Shown: positions 62,841 through 64,000 of the stretch, one piece after another | How the letters are laid out: every line of letters begins with the position of its first letter | Numbering within the stretch: the stretch's first letter is position 1 | Assembly (NCBI RefSeq): GCF_004010195.1 | Contig: NC_057711.1 | Coordinates: forward strand, 75,940,208 to 76,004,207 | Direction: 5' to 3' | DNA: 64,000 nt | DNA from: Chiloscyllium plagiosum | Taxonomy: Eukaryota | Position numbers and translations under genes: made by a program | The notes under the pieces: model-generated | The model's database searches: none | What the model saw: only the letters and a program-made list of their open reading frames with translations | Told to the model about the DNA's origin: nothing

Positions 62841-63479
62841 TCTGCTTCAGGCAGACAGTGCAAGTCAGTTACCTGGAAACCAGCAAAGGTTTTGAAGATA
62901 TGCGATCTGTCCAGGTCACGGAGTCATTGCTTACGTGGTGCTACATTACGAAGAAACCAAAGTCAGCTCAGGTCAATCATGGAGACACAGAGTGTGGAAT
63001 AGGATCTGATAATGATGATTAGGCAATAATGCTGAGTAACAGCAACCAGCAGCAAAACAACCAAGTTGTCAACCAAGAGCAGCTAATAATAACAACATAT
63101 GCCAATCTCCACGGGGATGTCATTGCTCAAATCAGAATGAGTCATTAAACCTCCAAAACTTTATATTGAAGTTTGAACTATTAATCTTGTTGACTCTGTT
63201 TTTATTTGCCTACATAATGATTGAATTGTCAATACATGCCAATATACAATATCTTTCTGGCTGAGATTTCTTTGCTTTAGAAAAGGGGGGCTGTTGTGTT
63301 ATACTTTGTATTAGATATGCAATATCATTTTAAAGGACATGTTTATGATGTCGTCACTATATCACGACATATGACCTAATTACAAAGATCTCAGTCTCCA
63401 CCTTACGGAGCTCTGTTAACTTGCAGCAAAACATATTAAGGGAAGCGTGTTTGAGATTGTGTCATCCTGTTTGAATAAC

Positions 63480-64000
63480 AACGGGGACTGCAGGTGAATG
63501 GCCAAACTGACCATCTTACAGTAGTACAGGAAGCTAAAATGTATTTAGGAGAAGCAGGTAATAACTTAGTGAGAGAGACTGGCCACCATCCTTTGCAGCA
63601 AAGAGAGATCGTCCATTTGGCTGTGTTATCTGCCCAGTTCCAGGTTTTGGTACATCTGCTCACGGCTGGAATGGAACTTGCTGTGAAAGTGGAGGGATCC
63701 ACTGATCAAAGTCCATGTAACAATTACATGGATAGAAAGAGGAAATAGATGCCACATAGAAAGTATGAGGAGCTAGGCACAAAATCAAAAAGCACAACCT
63801 CAGCAATTACAATCTTTGGATTGTTATTACCTCAGCCATATGCAACTCGGCATCGCATACATTAAATTAGAATGATGAATATGTGACTCAGCATCTGAGG
63901 TAGGAGAAGTGAGTTTCAGTTTGTGAGCCACTGACAACAATGCTAGGGAAAATGAGGGGGCTATATCATTGGGACAGTCTATACCTGAAACTACTGGAAC
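63480..64000 (+). mobile_element. CR1 ORF1 (SGNH-esterase-like) remnant
   Basis: ..GNNLVRE..., ..YEELGTKSKSTTSAITIFGLL.., ..WDSLYL..; a degenerate equivalent of the CR1 ORF1 esterase. Confidence 0.5.

Overview
Vertebrate genomic DNA, almost certainly a cartilaginous fish. The repeat content (HE1-like tRNA SINEs, abundant CR1 LINEs, Penelope-like elements) is shark-like; the species is inferred, not shown. The only host gene I can support is the 3' end of OSTF1 on the + strand: a 99-nt penultimate coding exon (7630-7728), a ~21.3-kb transposon-filled last intron, and a terminal exon ending ...NAEEYLDDEDSD* (29072-29130), with a probable long 3' UTR to ~31500. The rest is intergenic and dominated by decayed mobile elements: many CR1 fragments, a near full-length L1-type LINE (minus), L2 and RTE remnants, SINEs, at least one solo LTR with a 4-bp TSD, a Harbinger Myb/SANT relic and several Penelope-like (GIY-YIG) elements. 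The most notable unannotated structure is a dispersed set of about ten minimal type-I hammerhead ribozyme motifs (CUGANGA-stem-GAAAC-GUC and variants). They sit in Penelope termini and in short, TSD-flanked, often palindromic non-coding derivatives of those termini. Most ORFs in the supplied track are transposon fragments or chance ORFs. Repeat boundaries are approximate and were read by eye. There is a 290-N gap at 55172-55461.
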